Shown in pieces: positions 36,751 through 50,100 of a DNA stretch of 64,000 bases (position 1 is its first letter; each line of letters begins with the position of its first letter). The notes below the pieces were generated by a model. It was given only the letters and a program-made list of their open reading frames with translations. It did not search any database and was not told where the DNA came from. The stretch lies in NCBI GenBank assembly GCA_002633005.1, contig NMRA01000311.1, positions 197,839 to 261,838 on the forward strand, written 5' to 3'. The position numbers and the translations under genes are program-made. The DNA comes from Phoronis australis (taxonomy: Eukaryota > Animalia > Phoronida).

Positions 36751-39700
36751 ATGGGTGACATCAGTGACTTGGACAGGTAATTGTTTTGCAATTTTTAGAA
36801 TTAAATTAAATTCCATTTTGAATGTGACAAAATAATCGTAAAATACTAGTTACTTTATTACTAAATAATAAGTTACATTTGTTTGAGTAAAAGAAATTTG
36901 TTGTTAGGCTTTGGAATGGAAATTTTGCTTGGATGCAGGGACTTCTTAGGATTTGAAAAGTGGCGTCCAAATTTGCGAGATTGGCACTTTCCAAATGCCG
37001 AGATTCTGTATGAGGTCACCCTGACGTCGCAGGACTGGGAGGTATTCCCACGGAAAACATGGCCGCCAGCATTTGTTGATGACCGGTGTTACATTTATGT
37101 TAAAATGTAGACGATAATAATTGTCTGTGATCACAATTTGTATCTTAATATTTTTCAAACTAAAACTATAAACTGTGCTTTCAATATAATTTCATTATCA
37201 GAAATGTTCAAATTCTTCGTTTAGCTCTTGTTTTCGTTGAGGTTTTCTTGAAACATGCTGCCTTTTTTCTCTTTTGGTCCAAGCCATCATTTTTGAGGAC
37301 GGCCACTAGATGCATCCCTGCTGAGATGAATTCTTCATTAAACTATAGTATCACCAGAGTAAACATTTCTACAGAGGTGGTACGTTTACAATTTTGATTA
37401 GTGCAACACTTATTCTATGTGCATTGTTGCGTCTTTCCACGGGTTAAGGCAAATTGAACAACTGTGAAAATGCGAGGTTATTTCTGGTGGTACATTCACA
37501 ATTCTATTACTAATTTTATTATAATTTTGGCTTGTTTAACACTGACATAATGCACACTGATATGTCTGTCCATGGTTTCAGGCAAATCGAACAACTGTGG
37601 AGATGCGAGGTTATAAAGGAGAGTGAAGTGAAAGCACTGTGCTCCAAAGCGAGAGAAATTCTAGTTGAGGAAGGAAACGTACAGAGTGTAGACTCTCCAG
37701 TCACGGTGGGTGGCAGTTGTTCTGTTGTCTTTCAGAGAACGAAAATCTCCTGTTCCCAATAAATAGTGGCGAATAGGATTCAAGCTAAACTAAACCATGT
37801 GATGCCTTTACAGCATTCATGCATGTGATCGCCCCAAATCAGATGCAGATCTGCCTTCCTACAGTTGGAAGGCTACATTCTAATGACCTCACTTGTGCTC
37901 ATTTGACCTGTTACGTGTGACCAAAATATTAAGATTCCCCCCCCGTTAATGTTTGCTAATTACTCTTGTGGTTAATCTGCAGCTAGGATGCCTTTATGAC
38001 TGCTCGTCTCAAGCATCTGCTGTGTCCCATTAATTGACCTACTTACGTAATATTAGAGGTCCTATATATACCGTAATCGTTCGGGTTAACGCCCTGGGCG
38101 GTTAAATTGGCGAACCCAAAAAATCGGGGGTGGGCGGTTAACCAGACATGGGCGTTTAAACGTGAAATTTCAAGAAATCGGGGGGNNNNNNNNNNNNNNN
38201 NNNNNNNNNNNNNNNNNNNNNNNNNNNNNNNNNNNNNNNNNNNNNNNNNNNNNNNNNNNNNNNNNNNNNNNNNNNNNNNNNNNNNNNNNNNNNNNNNNNN
38301 NNNNNNNNNNNNNNNNNNNNNNNNNNNNNNNNNNNNNNNNNNNNNNNNNNNNNNNNNNNNNNNNNNNNNNNNNNNNNNNNNNNNNNNNNNNNNNNNNNNN
38401 NNNNNNNNNNNNNNNNNNNNNNNNNNNNNNNNNNNNNNNNNNNNNNNNNNNNNNNNNNNNNNNNNNNNNNNNNNNNNNNNNNNNNNNNNNNNNNNNNNNN
38501 NNNNNNNNNNNNNNNNNNNNNNNNNNNNNNNNNNNNNNNNNNNNNNNNNNNNNNNNNNNNNNNNNNNNNNNNNNNNNNNNNNNNNNNNNNNNNNNNNNNN
38601 NNNNNNNNNNNNNNNNNNNNNNNNNNNNNNNNNNNNNNNNNNNNNNNNNNNNNNNNNNNNNNNNNNNNNNNNNNNNNNNNNNNNNNNNNNNNNNNNNNNN
38701 NNNNNNNNNNNNNNNNNNNNNNNNNNNNNNNNNNNNNNNNNNNNNNNNNNNNNNNNNNNNNGTTACAATAATTTGTTACTGGTATCATAATTCACATTGC
38801 TAAACCGCGGTCTCTGAGGCCGTCGTTGCACTCAATGTTATCATCGATCTTAATCTAAAAGGTCGGGGATTCGCGTTTCCTATTAGCACAGGGCGGTAAT
38901 CACCAATCGTCAAAAGTAGAGGATGGGCGCTTAACCGAGAGGTGGGTGCTTAATTGGAAATCTTCAAAAATAGCGGGGAGGCGGTTAACCGAGCAGTGGG
39001 CGGTTAAATCGAAAATCCACCAAAAGTAGGGGTGGGCGGTTTACTGAGCATGGGCGTTAACCCGAACGATTACGGTAGTACTAGGCAAAAGTAATCGGTT
39101 AATTCTGTTAACTGCGAAAATTAGTGGTACTAACAATTAGGGCAGCGAAATTCTAATAGCAGAATGGCTTTGTCACTAAATTACTAATTTTCCTGTCAAT
39201 TCCCCTTCTTGAGGAAGACTACTTTGACGGTGAATTCGTCTTCCGTCCAACAATCATGACGGAGAATTCTGAGTCTTTTGTCTGATTACAGTTTGGCTTA
39301 TACTGTCTCTGCCTTGGGATAAAAGTTCTTTTGTGAATATGATATAAATTACTCTTGCAGGTCACACTCTGCAATCACTGTCTTTAAAAGTAATTGTGTG
39401 GTGGACGTGTTGTGATCAAAGACAAACTTTGCTTTTCTGCAGGTGTGTGGGGACATTCATGGCCAATTTTATGATCTCAAGGAGCTCTTCAAGGTGGGAG
39501 GAGACGTGCCCGACACCAACTATCTGTTCTTAGGTGACTTTGTTGACAGGGGCTTTTACAGCGTAGAAACATTTTTATTACTTTTAGCTTTAAAGGTAAG
39601 CATTCCTTATATTAAAAATATAGTTGCATGTTCGTGGTCATGACTGTGTAAACTTGTGCATCCTGGTTGTCATTTGTGGCGACGTGATTTTGGGGGAATG

Positions 39701-42700
39701 CAGTAGTTTCTTCAAATTCAAAGATAAACGTGAGATTTCTACTTTGCACTGCATTAGTTGACGACGACTACACAATATAAATTATTTCTATGACAAAGTT
39801 AAATTTCTTCTATTTTCCCATTCCACCACATGGTGTGCTAAACTGAGGAAACTTAAAAAGAGTTTTCCATCTTCACCAATAGCTTTCTCATTCAGTCTGT
39901 ATTCATTGACACAAAGTTTGCGTGAAGTCATCAGAAGTGCAGAGATACCCCCGCTAGAACTGTACTCTGCCATCAGTCTATTTCGCTGCTTCATGCATTG
40001 AAAGGATATTAAACCCTGTTTGGGCGATTTCAGCCACACTTTGTTCTGTCCTCTGCTAATGCGCCATTGACATCTCATTTGAGTGATGTAAGCAGGATTC
40101 AACTAAAAGCATGGATTCATTATTATGCAATAGATTCGATGTTATGGTTCCTGGTCGTTGGTCTTTCCCTACAGTGTGTAACTTGGGCGTAGGTCACACT
40201 TGGCTCTTTGGCAGTCTTAGTAAGGAGTTTTCAAGAGTTGTTCCAAGCGTTTGAGCGTTGATGAGGTTACAGGGCATTATTTTGTTTTATGTTTAACTGG
40301 ATGGGTTAGGTACAAGTCTTTTCATGACAGTCACAATATTCTGTTTCTCAATCATATAACTTGTTGTTTGTCGTTGTTAGGTGAGGTATCCTGATAGGAT
40401 CACATTAATTCGCGGTAACCACGAGAGTCGACAAATCACACAGGTGTATGGGTTCTATGACGAGTGTCTACGCAAATACGGATCGATCACCGTGTGGCGC
40501 TACTGTACAGAGATCTTCGATTACCTTAGTCTGTCGGCAATAATTGATGGGAGGGTAAGGTTCTACCAATGGAAGTGTATTTTTTTTTAAATCATACATT
40601 GTCTAGTTAGTAGACTTGTGGTTCAACTAACTGTAATTAGATACATGAAACACACACACGCACCAACTGGAAGGGGGGAGGCTTGGCAGTTCTGTGTTTG
40701 GGGAATATCTTCCTCTAATGCTGATGAAAGCAAATGCTGACAGTACACTGATTAAAAATTACGGTGTGACCTTAAAAGTGAACCCACTAAATTTTGTATT
40801 AAAACTTGTATTCTAATTCTTTTAGGAGAACAAAGTATGCGTATTTAACCTGTAAAGTTAAATGTTCATGGGAAGATTGTCACTTGACTGAAGGTTAAAT
40901 TTTTAGAATTTGAAATTAAAAGAAAGTAAATGAAATTTTGTGGGTTTGTTTTTTCGATCCCCCTGTATCAATTTCGATACTGGTGGCTTGAAAGCGAGCC
41001 ACTCCACTTTCAACCCTTGCGTTGTTTTCTCTGCATTGTTTGACACTTTTTTATCACTGTCGTGAATCAAGTTAGTCATATAATTCTTTATTTCTCTTGC
41101 AGATATTCTGTGTACACGGTGGTCTCTCACCATCCATCAACACACTTGACCAGATCCGAGCAATCGACAGGAAACAGGAAGTGCCTCACGACGGACCAAT
41201 GTGTGACTTACTGTGGTCAGACCCTGAAGGTAAGCATGACTGAGAAACTACACGGTATTGCAAAGAAAACAAAACTGGTCAAAACCATTTTTTAATGTTT
41301 ATTAAGAAAAACGCAATGTACAGTTATAAGAATTAAGCCCAGAAAACGCTAGAAAGCGTTATAGTTAAGCGTACCTGGACCATGATTGTGAAAATGTTTG
41401 AAAGCCAAAGCAGGCCAAGAAATGGTGGAAATAGGAAGTGTATTATGAGTTGTTATAGATGTTGTGAAGTTGAACAAAGTCCATGATACAAGTGATGTTG
41501 TTGTCATTCAAAGTAAAACTCGCATAATTTAGGTCGTACTGAAGTCAGGTTTGTTATGTGAATAAGGTGAAATACAACATATCCGAAGTGCCAAGTCCAC
41601 AAACAAAAAAAAATTTGTACCGCAGAGGTTTATCCTAGTTGAAAATATGTCTTATACACACCCAATTAATGTGAGGTTTAGTATATATATGAGCAAGAGT
41701 CCCTTTGAAGTTAGAAAAGTTGCTTAAAAAATAATTGAGAAATTTCTGTGTTCTGTTTCACATTAGTTTCAGTTAACAACTGTACTATGTGTTTCGTTCA
41801 CAGATACGCACGGCTGGGGCGTGAGTCCGCGCGGTGCTGGGTACCTGTTTGGCCAAGACGTGGTAGCCCAGTTCAACGCAGCTAACGACGTGGACCTCAT
41901 CTGTCGTGCCCACCAGCTGGTCATGGAGGGTTACAAGTGGCACTTTAACGAGACTGTGCTAACGGTGTGGTCAGCACCCAACTATTGCTATAGGTAATCT
42001 CGGCCGCAGCCGTTTCCAAAAACTTGACATAACTTTGTCGCATCTAAATTTGGTGACGATTGTGAAGACAAATTCGTTGAAATGTCATTGGCTCCCAACT
42101 GCTTGCTATAGTTGACAGTCAATAATAAAAGGACACTTGTAGTGTATGACAAGCATATGTTGACTCTAAATATTGATACTGAATCAACTAATTTTATCAT
42201 TTGGCTGTTGCTGTAAGTTGATACCAGTATAAAGATAACGTGTCATGTGCCACATTTATAGCATAGTACAATCTTTTTGTGTTTTTTTTTTTTTGAAATG
42301 AAGCGTAACTATTTCTTGAGTGGTGACTGGCACTGTTTAAATTTGTTTGTGTTTGGGTAGCATTAATCAAAGTATACATTACATGTCAACCTGAAATGGA
42401 CATCCTGTTTTAAAGACCACATAGAAAAGAGAACAGCAATGCATCCTAAACATTAATCGCTTTGTGTTACCGGAATAATGCCCATGGTGTTGTTTTCTGG
42501 TGATGAGCGCTTTTTGGAGACCTTAGGTGATCAATTTTTACAAAGTGATAGCGTGCAGTTATCAGCATATGTGATGGTGAGGGACTGCACTTGAAACATA
42601 TAAAACTAACTTCAGTAAATTTATATTGTCACCAGTGTAATTGCATTGAACTGCATTGTTAATGTTGTCTCACTTGCTCTTACAGATGTGGAAATGTAGC

Positions 42701-43427
42701 TGCAATACTTGAACTAGATGAACACTTACAACGGGATTTCACCATATTCGAAGCTGCACCTCAGGTAGGTGTTGGTCAGTTAGGCTTGACATTCACCGTG
42801 AATTAGCTACACTGTAGCTTATGATGTCACTGTTTATTGAGTAGTGAAGTTGATGATCATCTTATTGTGTACTGCAGTTGATGACAATGGGTATTGAGTA
42901 GTGTATGCGGTGATAGTGTGTATTGGGTTCTTTTACTGGTATCAGGCTTGGCATGTTCAGTAGACGCAACAGTTTGCCAAAAAGTGAACTGAACTTTTCA
43001 TTGAAAGACATTTCGAGGCTAAATTTTGTATTTTCTTGATGCTGCATGTCGCCCTATTAAGCTGTATTATTGTGGTTGGATGCTATTATGGTAAGAACTA
43101 GTAGGAGACCGATTTTATTTGTAAAAGCAAAAATTTGGCTTTCGGTTTTTTAGCCACTTAAATAGGATGAAGTGCAGACTTCCTGCTTCAGGATTTGTGC
43201 TATGGCTTCAAATAAACGAGTCAACTTCAACTAAATTGTAACAATTTTGTTTTATTTTTAATGAAAGGCAGTTGATATGATGATTACAGACTACAATATG
43301 TTATAAATGTCTTTACCAGAAATGTCTAGCGGTGTGGTGTATGTCTCAAATTTTAATACTGCCCTATGGTTTGCAGGAGTCGCGGGGTATTCCATCAAAG
43401 AAGCCACAGGCCGACTACTTCCTATAA
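36751..43427 (+). CDS. PPP4C: Serine/threonine-protein phosphatase 4 catalytic subunit, 8 coding exons, 307 aa
   Basis: Exons 36751-36776, 37582-37705, 39443-39595, 40381-40554, 41103-41229, 41804-41993, 42686-42764, 43377-43427(TAA), total 924 nt. PPP motifs GDIHG, GDFVDRG, GNHE and SAPNYC are present. The start [14 protein letters not shown] and end [14 protein letters not shown] are PP4-type rather than PP2A or PP6. Confidence 0.97.
38071..39075. mobile_element. Tc1/mariner-type non-autonomous element (CCGTAATCGTTCGGGTTAACGCCC TIR), centre in an N-gap
   Basis: 24-bp perfect TIR, TA on both flanks, repeated GGGCGGTTAA subterminal motifs. Same family as 60107-61836. Confidence 0.88.
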
Positions 43428-43777
43428 TGAGTGTGCTCAGCTAGTCACAGAAATCATTGCTCCAATCAAATCTTATCATTCAGTATTGCCATTATAAACA
43501 CTTGCTACTCGCCAGCTTAACACTTCAAAAATTACTGCATAAGGAGAAATTAGTGTGGTCAAGTACCTATCTGTAACCCGTCTTCAAATGCAGCGACACC
43601 TGTTGTGATTTGGGACATTTTTTGCCACGTCATGTAGTCAGTTTTATTGCAGTACATCTGTGCTGGGTCTCATAGTTTGACGTTGGGCCTGCCTGTATCC
43701 TTATGCACAGAGTCATGAATCTATTGGAAGTTTTTCCATTTTACCAGTCAGGGTTCTAGAAGGGCCATCAGGTTTTT

Positions 43778-44679
43778 TATGAGGGGCAGAAAGGGCAAAA
43801 ATTGTGAAAAAAGAAAACCAGTCCTGTTTTGTAAATTCAACTCCATTTAATAAATTCAATCCTATTTAAAATATATTTAAATCCTATTTTGTAAATTTAA
43901 TACTAATTAAAATCATTCCCGTTTTGTAAATTCAATTCTATGTAAAACAGCCCTGTTTAGAAGCGACCCTGTTTTGTCAATCTTGTCGGCGTTTCACAAA
44001 ACTAACCGTGTTACGAAAATAGAACGTGTTTTATTGAATTGGGTCTGTTTCGTCAATCCTGTTGGCGATTCCTGAAACTAATCCTGCTACGAAAGGCCGA
44101 GGCTCACATCAGTTAGACGCTGTTCTTTCCACGTTGGTAGATACAAAAGCCTTCAAGACAAATACTCAAGCATGTAACTATATATTTACATCATAAAAAC
44201 AGTTTGCAAGAATCTGTTCTTGAATATTTTTAATCTCATTGACAACGAGCGCAATTTTCAGTCACGTGATAAACTAGTTTCGCTTTCCAAGGACAGGATT
44301 TGCAAAATAGAATCTTCAAGGGAAAACTTTCTATTTAAATACGATCGATTTTACACGCTCGGTTTACGAATGCTAACTGGATCTACGTAACGGGATTGAA
44401 TTAATGTGCGTAGCGTGAATCTTTAAAACAGCATCCGACTTTATAAAAGCAATTAATCTTCTAAATAAAACGGGATGGATTTTATTGAGTTGAATTGAAT
44501 TTTCGAACTAAGATGAATTATCAAACAGATTTGATTTTTATTTTAAATTGGGTTGAACTAATTATTAAATAGAATTGAATTTACAAAACAGGATTTAATT
44601 GTATTTTTAATGGGATTGAATTTACAGAACAGAGTTGATTTTCCTTTTTTTACAATTTTCGCCCTTTCCGCCCCTCATA
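43778..44679. mobile_element. Fold-back non-autonomous DNA element with TAT..ATA termini and 6-bp TSD (IS3EU-like)
   Basis: TIR TATGAGGGGCAGAAAGGGCAAAAATTGT / ACAATTTTCGCCCTTTCCGCCCCTCATA, TSD GTTTTT (43772-77, 44680-85), and inverted AT-rich subrepeats (CCTGTTTTGTAAATTCAA / TTGAATTTACAAAACAGG). Confidence 0.75.
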
Positions 44680-45846
44680 GTTTTTGCCTTTTAGATAAAA
44701 GACCAATGGTTGTAACATAGTCATTGACATTTGTTGTATAATTTAGTCTTGGCCGTTTTTAAGATGCTGGAAATTTTGTTTCACTATTCATCAGCTCTCA
44801 AGCTTACTATTATACTGACAGGTCTGCTGAGTTTTTGATTTGAAAATTAGTAATTTTCTACAAATTTTCTTGAACTGATATTTTTAACCTATTTTTGCTT
44901 CGTAGGTTGGCGCTTATTTCAAGCATTGCAAGAAACTTTTTTTTCTGTTGCATTTTTGTGTCCTAGTTTCTCCTACCAAACTGAGCCATTTATTTGCGTG
45001 TGGATTTTTTTGTTCATAATGACAGGACAGTGATCTCTCAGTTGTGTAACGCCATAATTTGTCTTCTATGCGATTTTCACGTTTGCATTGTCGAGGATGA
45101 AGCTAATGAGAGTTGTATTTAGCATCTCAAACTTGCGTTATCTTGGACCTCCCAAAGCACGTGCAGGCTCACTGGAATTATTCTGATTTGTTGTATCTTT
45201 AATAGTTACAATAGCTGTGTATGGAAGTCATGCATATTGATATGTGATGATGTACATTTAGGTCGGTTATTGAATATGTGAACATGTACATACAGTAGGA
45301 TAAAATAAATTTTATCATTTGTAAACATATATTTTTCAATATGCTTACTATCACAAAAATTCATCTACAGATTTGGTGTAACTCACATCAAAATGCAAAA
45401 TGACTAATGAAAACAGACACAGCACACTGTAAAATAGCACAGAACATATTTTTTTTTTTAGTTTTCAAGCGTAGAAATCTCCTTACACCACATACATAAG
45501 GGATTACTTACAAGTATTGGATGCTAACTTTAGCTTTTCAAATCTGAAATTACTATTTTGAACCATAGATCATGGTTTTAATATGCATAGCAACAACATA
45601 ACTTGTGATAGATTGGAGTTTCTAGATAAAATAAAATCTAAATACAAAGTAATAGGCTTAGTTTCAGTTTAATAAATAACATTTAGGGTCTTGGCCCAAG
45701 TGAAAGATGTTACAAACTAGCACTGATCAACTTTTCCCTAAGGGCAGTGGTGTGATTGAAAAAACAAACTGAAATTAAAGTTAATTTGAGTCATAGGTAA
45801 TTTTTTGTGAAGTTATAGTTATTTGATTCATGCCAGCACCACTCTA

Positions 45847-45993
45847 CATGGGCGGCGCAGCACTGAAAAAGTGGGGGGCTATATCCCCTCGGCCCCCCCT
45901 GTGGTGCAGCGCCCACAGACACTGGGCGGCGTAGCACTGAAAAATGTGGTGGGGCTATAGCTCCCCCCAGCCCCCTATGATGCACCGCCCATG
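45847..45993. mobile_element. Small hAT-like MITE (internal dimer of a ~70-bp unit), 5-bp TSD CTCTA
   Basis: Termini CATGGGCGG / CCGCCCATG. CTCTA at 45842-46 and 45994-98. Confidence 0.72.
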
Positions 45994-47187
45994 CTCTAGA
46001 ATAAATGCACCTGTCAGAGCACAGAACTAGTTACAAACACAAATAAAACAATATTCATCCCACGCTTGTGAAATACAGAAACAGCACACACGGTAGCCAT
46101 CAAAAAGGCATGTCTATCTTTCACTAGTAATAATTAGAGCAACCTAATTTAGCCATAGCTGATATAATATACTCGGAATGTCACGCAAAAAGTAGAATTC
46201 CATTTTAGAGTCAACAGGCTATAATTGCATGTAGTTGTTTCTATGAATGACATTTTTGGTGACTGCCAAAATCTAACCCCAACTTTGTACACGCATACCT
46301 AAGTCCAGTATGGTGGAACCACCTGTAACGTGAGTATTATCGTTGCACACCAATAGATGTTCTTTAATAACTTAAACACCAAGTGTTTCACCCAAGACTT
46401 TAACTAAAATATCTAAATGTTTAATTATGCCTTGACCATGGACTAGCAAAAAAGAAACAAGGGGCATAAGCTGCTTACGTGATGGGTTATATAAATTATG
46501 CATACCGAGCAACTCGCAACATAGTTAAAGTAGCTACAAACCTGCCTTTGCCTATCAAAAAATGCAATTATAACCACTTTAAAGTACAAAACTCGTCCCA
46601 GTTTGTTTCTCAGATGAGGAATGACTAGGGCAAAGAACACTTTGTTACTGCATGTTCGGTGTATAAACTGACACACCGTGACAAATCGACTATTGTAATC
46701 AAGCATGATTTCAATACTGACAATAACGTCAGTTTTTTCGAAGCCCACAAATCATTTCTTATCCGGTTAAGGTCAACAAGTTAAGGCCAAATTTACAGCA
46801 CTAGATGTCCTAAAACATATGAAGTTAATTACAGTGCTATAATTCACTTACATCACCAAATTAGAGGAGTCAGTGGGGCCTAGAGTGATAAGTGCCCACT
46901 TCCTCTTACGTACTCAATGACGTGGGTTCTAGTCCCACTGGGGCACACTGCTAAACCCTTGAGCCGGGTCTGTAGCTTCTCGGCTCGATTTTAACTATAT
47001 ATTAATGAACCATAAAAATGGTTCCAGATGATCAGTTCCAGGTACCCGATCAACAGTAAAATCAAAAGTTCCATGTGCTCGAACAATGAGATCTGAGATG
47101 GGAGTAGTCAAAGCTAATGGTCGTTTGCCAGTTTGGTAAAACCTTGCCGTATCGCGTTACTATTTATAACGATTTTTCTAGTGTCTT

Positions 47188-50100
47188 TCAACTTCTTTCT
47201 GGCTTATCTTCAGTTGACTTATGCTCACCCTGTATTTTACTGCTGTGATCTTTCAGCATCAACTGTATGTGTTGAGAGATGTACCACACCTGAAATTGTG
47301 GAACATACTGTGAATGTGTGACTATACTTTCAGTTAACAAGAAATGTGACACCACATAGGCTTCACAACATTTACTTTGAAAACAAGACGAATGGATCAC
47401 GATCATTAGCAACAACTTCGAGACTGTGAACTCAGCAAACTCAAATTATTTTTGTAATTGAATTTCTAAAGTATATTGTAAGGATATGTAGTTCAGGCAA
47501 CCCAACCCCAGCCAAATTCACTAATAATGATTTCTGAGTAATGTAATGTACAGTTGTATTAACTGTAAAAAAATTAGAAACTGTAACGGCACTTTTGAGA
47601 TTTCATCTTGAATTTATCAAATGAAATTTTGTCATGTTGTGGAAGCCATTGTTAGCTGTGTCTATTTGTAATTACTAAATTTTACAAAAGATATGGTCAC
47701 AAGTTCCCATTAATGACTTTCTACTTTAAGAAAGCATATTATACTTTTATCATGTTAAAATCTTAAGTGTCATAGATGTCTGGCTATATATACACACTTG
47801 CGAATATAAGGACCCACATACGGAACCTTCAAAGCAACGCTTAGTCTAGCAAACAAATTTTTTGTTTAGCCATCACCGAGGGAGTCGTTACTGTTAATAT
47901 ATTGCAGTCAATTCAGATGTTGTTCAGCTTCAAAATCTCACCAATTTAAGAAACAGTATAGCAGCTAAAACAGTGAAACTATGTTGTTTCGTTAGCGATA
48001 AATGAACTCAAAGTAGTACTTTACCACTCTCTATACAATGTTTTGAAATTATGGCATTCACAGCAATCATGGTAGAAGTTTTTGAAAAGGCTGTACGAAC
48101 AGTTGGACTTATTACAACAGAATAGTATGCTTTTTACCGTACCTCTGCAACAAAGCACACTGCTCTTCCCCCACTCAGTAGACCGATGCCTGTATACTGT
48201 ATAACATGCGGAATGTGTAGACGAGTCATCAGACCGCTATAATGACTGTATAACCACAGAGGGAGACCAAATAAACTGAGCACAGCATAGCTACCGAGAG
48301 CAGTTTTAAAGTCTATAATTAAAGGAAGTCCAAGTCAAGATAACTTCAGATCATTAAACTATATACAGTTCAGTTCACACAGCTGGGATACTATTCCATG
48401 AACACTTATAGAACCAACTTATAATGAGGTAAGTCTCCGCTTATTTTGCACAAAAATAAATGTCAAACTTGTGATTTTTTCATTTTCCAAAGTCTGATAA
48501 CTAACAATGGAAAAATAATAAAAAGTTGTTTTATGACATTTTCACTCTACAAACCATGGTGTCAATAAACTTAAATTTTCTTGATTGTTTTAGTGGAAAA
48601 ATTTGACAGTCAAATAGATGGTCACTTGTTGACCATATTGTGAGCCACATAAGTCAAGAATTCCTGTATAGCGAAATATACCAACAATAGTCAGTTTTCG
48701 AAAGATCATCTAATTTTACATTTGGCTTTACTGCCAAACTAACATGCAAAGATTGTATTCAAACATGACACAACGTAGGCTACTTTATTTAGTACGATCT
48801 AAGTATTTGGACAACTTTAAGCTAGTCCAATTATAGTGTTTCCAACTAAGAAGTTCAACGAAAAATGGTTAGAGTCTGGGATGGAAAGATATCTTAAGTT
48901 AGTGAATGTATGTCAGCTACCTGTGATTATGCATATATTATATTGTCAGCTATCAGTGAGTATGCACATATATTGGGAATTGAGGTAAACAATCACGACC
49001 TGTTCCAATTGGCCACATTGACTAATTAAAATAGAATTTCAAAATGAATATCACTAGAAGTTCTTTGGTGAATTTAGTTATGACTAGATATATAAAACCT
49101 GGATAGCATTCTGTAGACCAAATTTCCTGGGAGAAAATGAGTTCACACAAGATTTCACCAAATTACACAGGAGGACAGCGAGTGTTTTGTAAATATGTTC
49201 GATAACTTATAGTGTAAGTAGCTTGAAAAACGGCAGCTACTGATGAAGTGACTACCTGGTCAGTGATGTTTGGATGTTGAATTATAGAATAAAATTCTTT
49301 AGTAATGGGATAAAATTCATTGGTTTATTCAGTAAGTAAAGATTTTTGCTGCAAGTGCAAGCTAGTGTCTTGAGTATACAGAAAGCAGCCCTGCAAAGAG
49401 CCCCTGGACAAGCGTGGTTAAAAGATGGTGTCCATCAGTTGATTTTAACATCTAGCTACAGAGGTCACTACTGTAGAACTGGGTCAACACCTAAATAAAT
49501 AACTAACAAAAGCTGGTGGTACACTCACTTTTTTCCATGATCTTCTTCACCATTATAGGTGTCTGAGCGTGGACATGTTTCCAGTCAGCCTCTTTTTGGG
49601 AATGTGTGCACACAAATGTCAACCATTCCACACATGAAACCAGGAAGCCCCACTACGAACAAACCACACAAACTATGAATTATGGATAAAATTCCAGAAT
49701 ATCAGGGCTTGGAATGACGCATGACAAAAAAGTAAAATTTTCCAGGTGATGCATTGTTCTACAAATAAATAGCCTTACCTATATATTTTCTTGTGTTGAA
49801 AAATTTAACTGTGCGAAATGTTTCTTGCGTGAATAAAGTCAAAATAATGATAAAAAGAGATGAAAAAAGAGGAAATTGGAAATCAAATAAGATGAAATTG
49901 AAACCAAAAAGAGGAAATACTCTTAAAAGAGGAAAATTCCAAGCTATGGAATATACACAACAATTTTGGTGTAACCATGAAATTTCTGCAAATACATTAA
50001 ATGGGGTATTACACGATATGATAAAAAAGTATTGATAATAGTAACAGTTAATATAATTTTAAAAATATTTGAAGAAATACCATATTCATCCGGGTAACAG

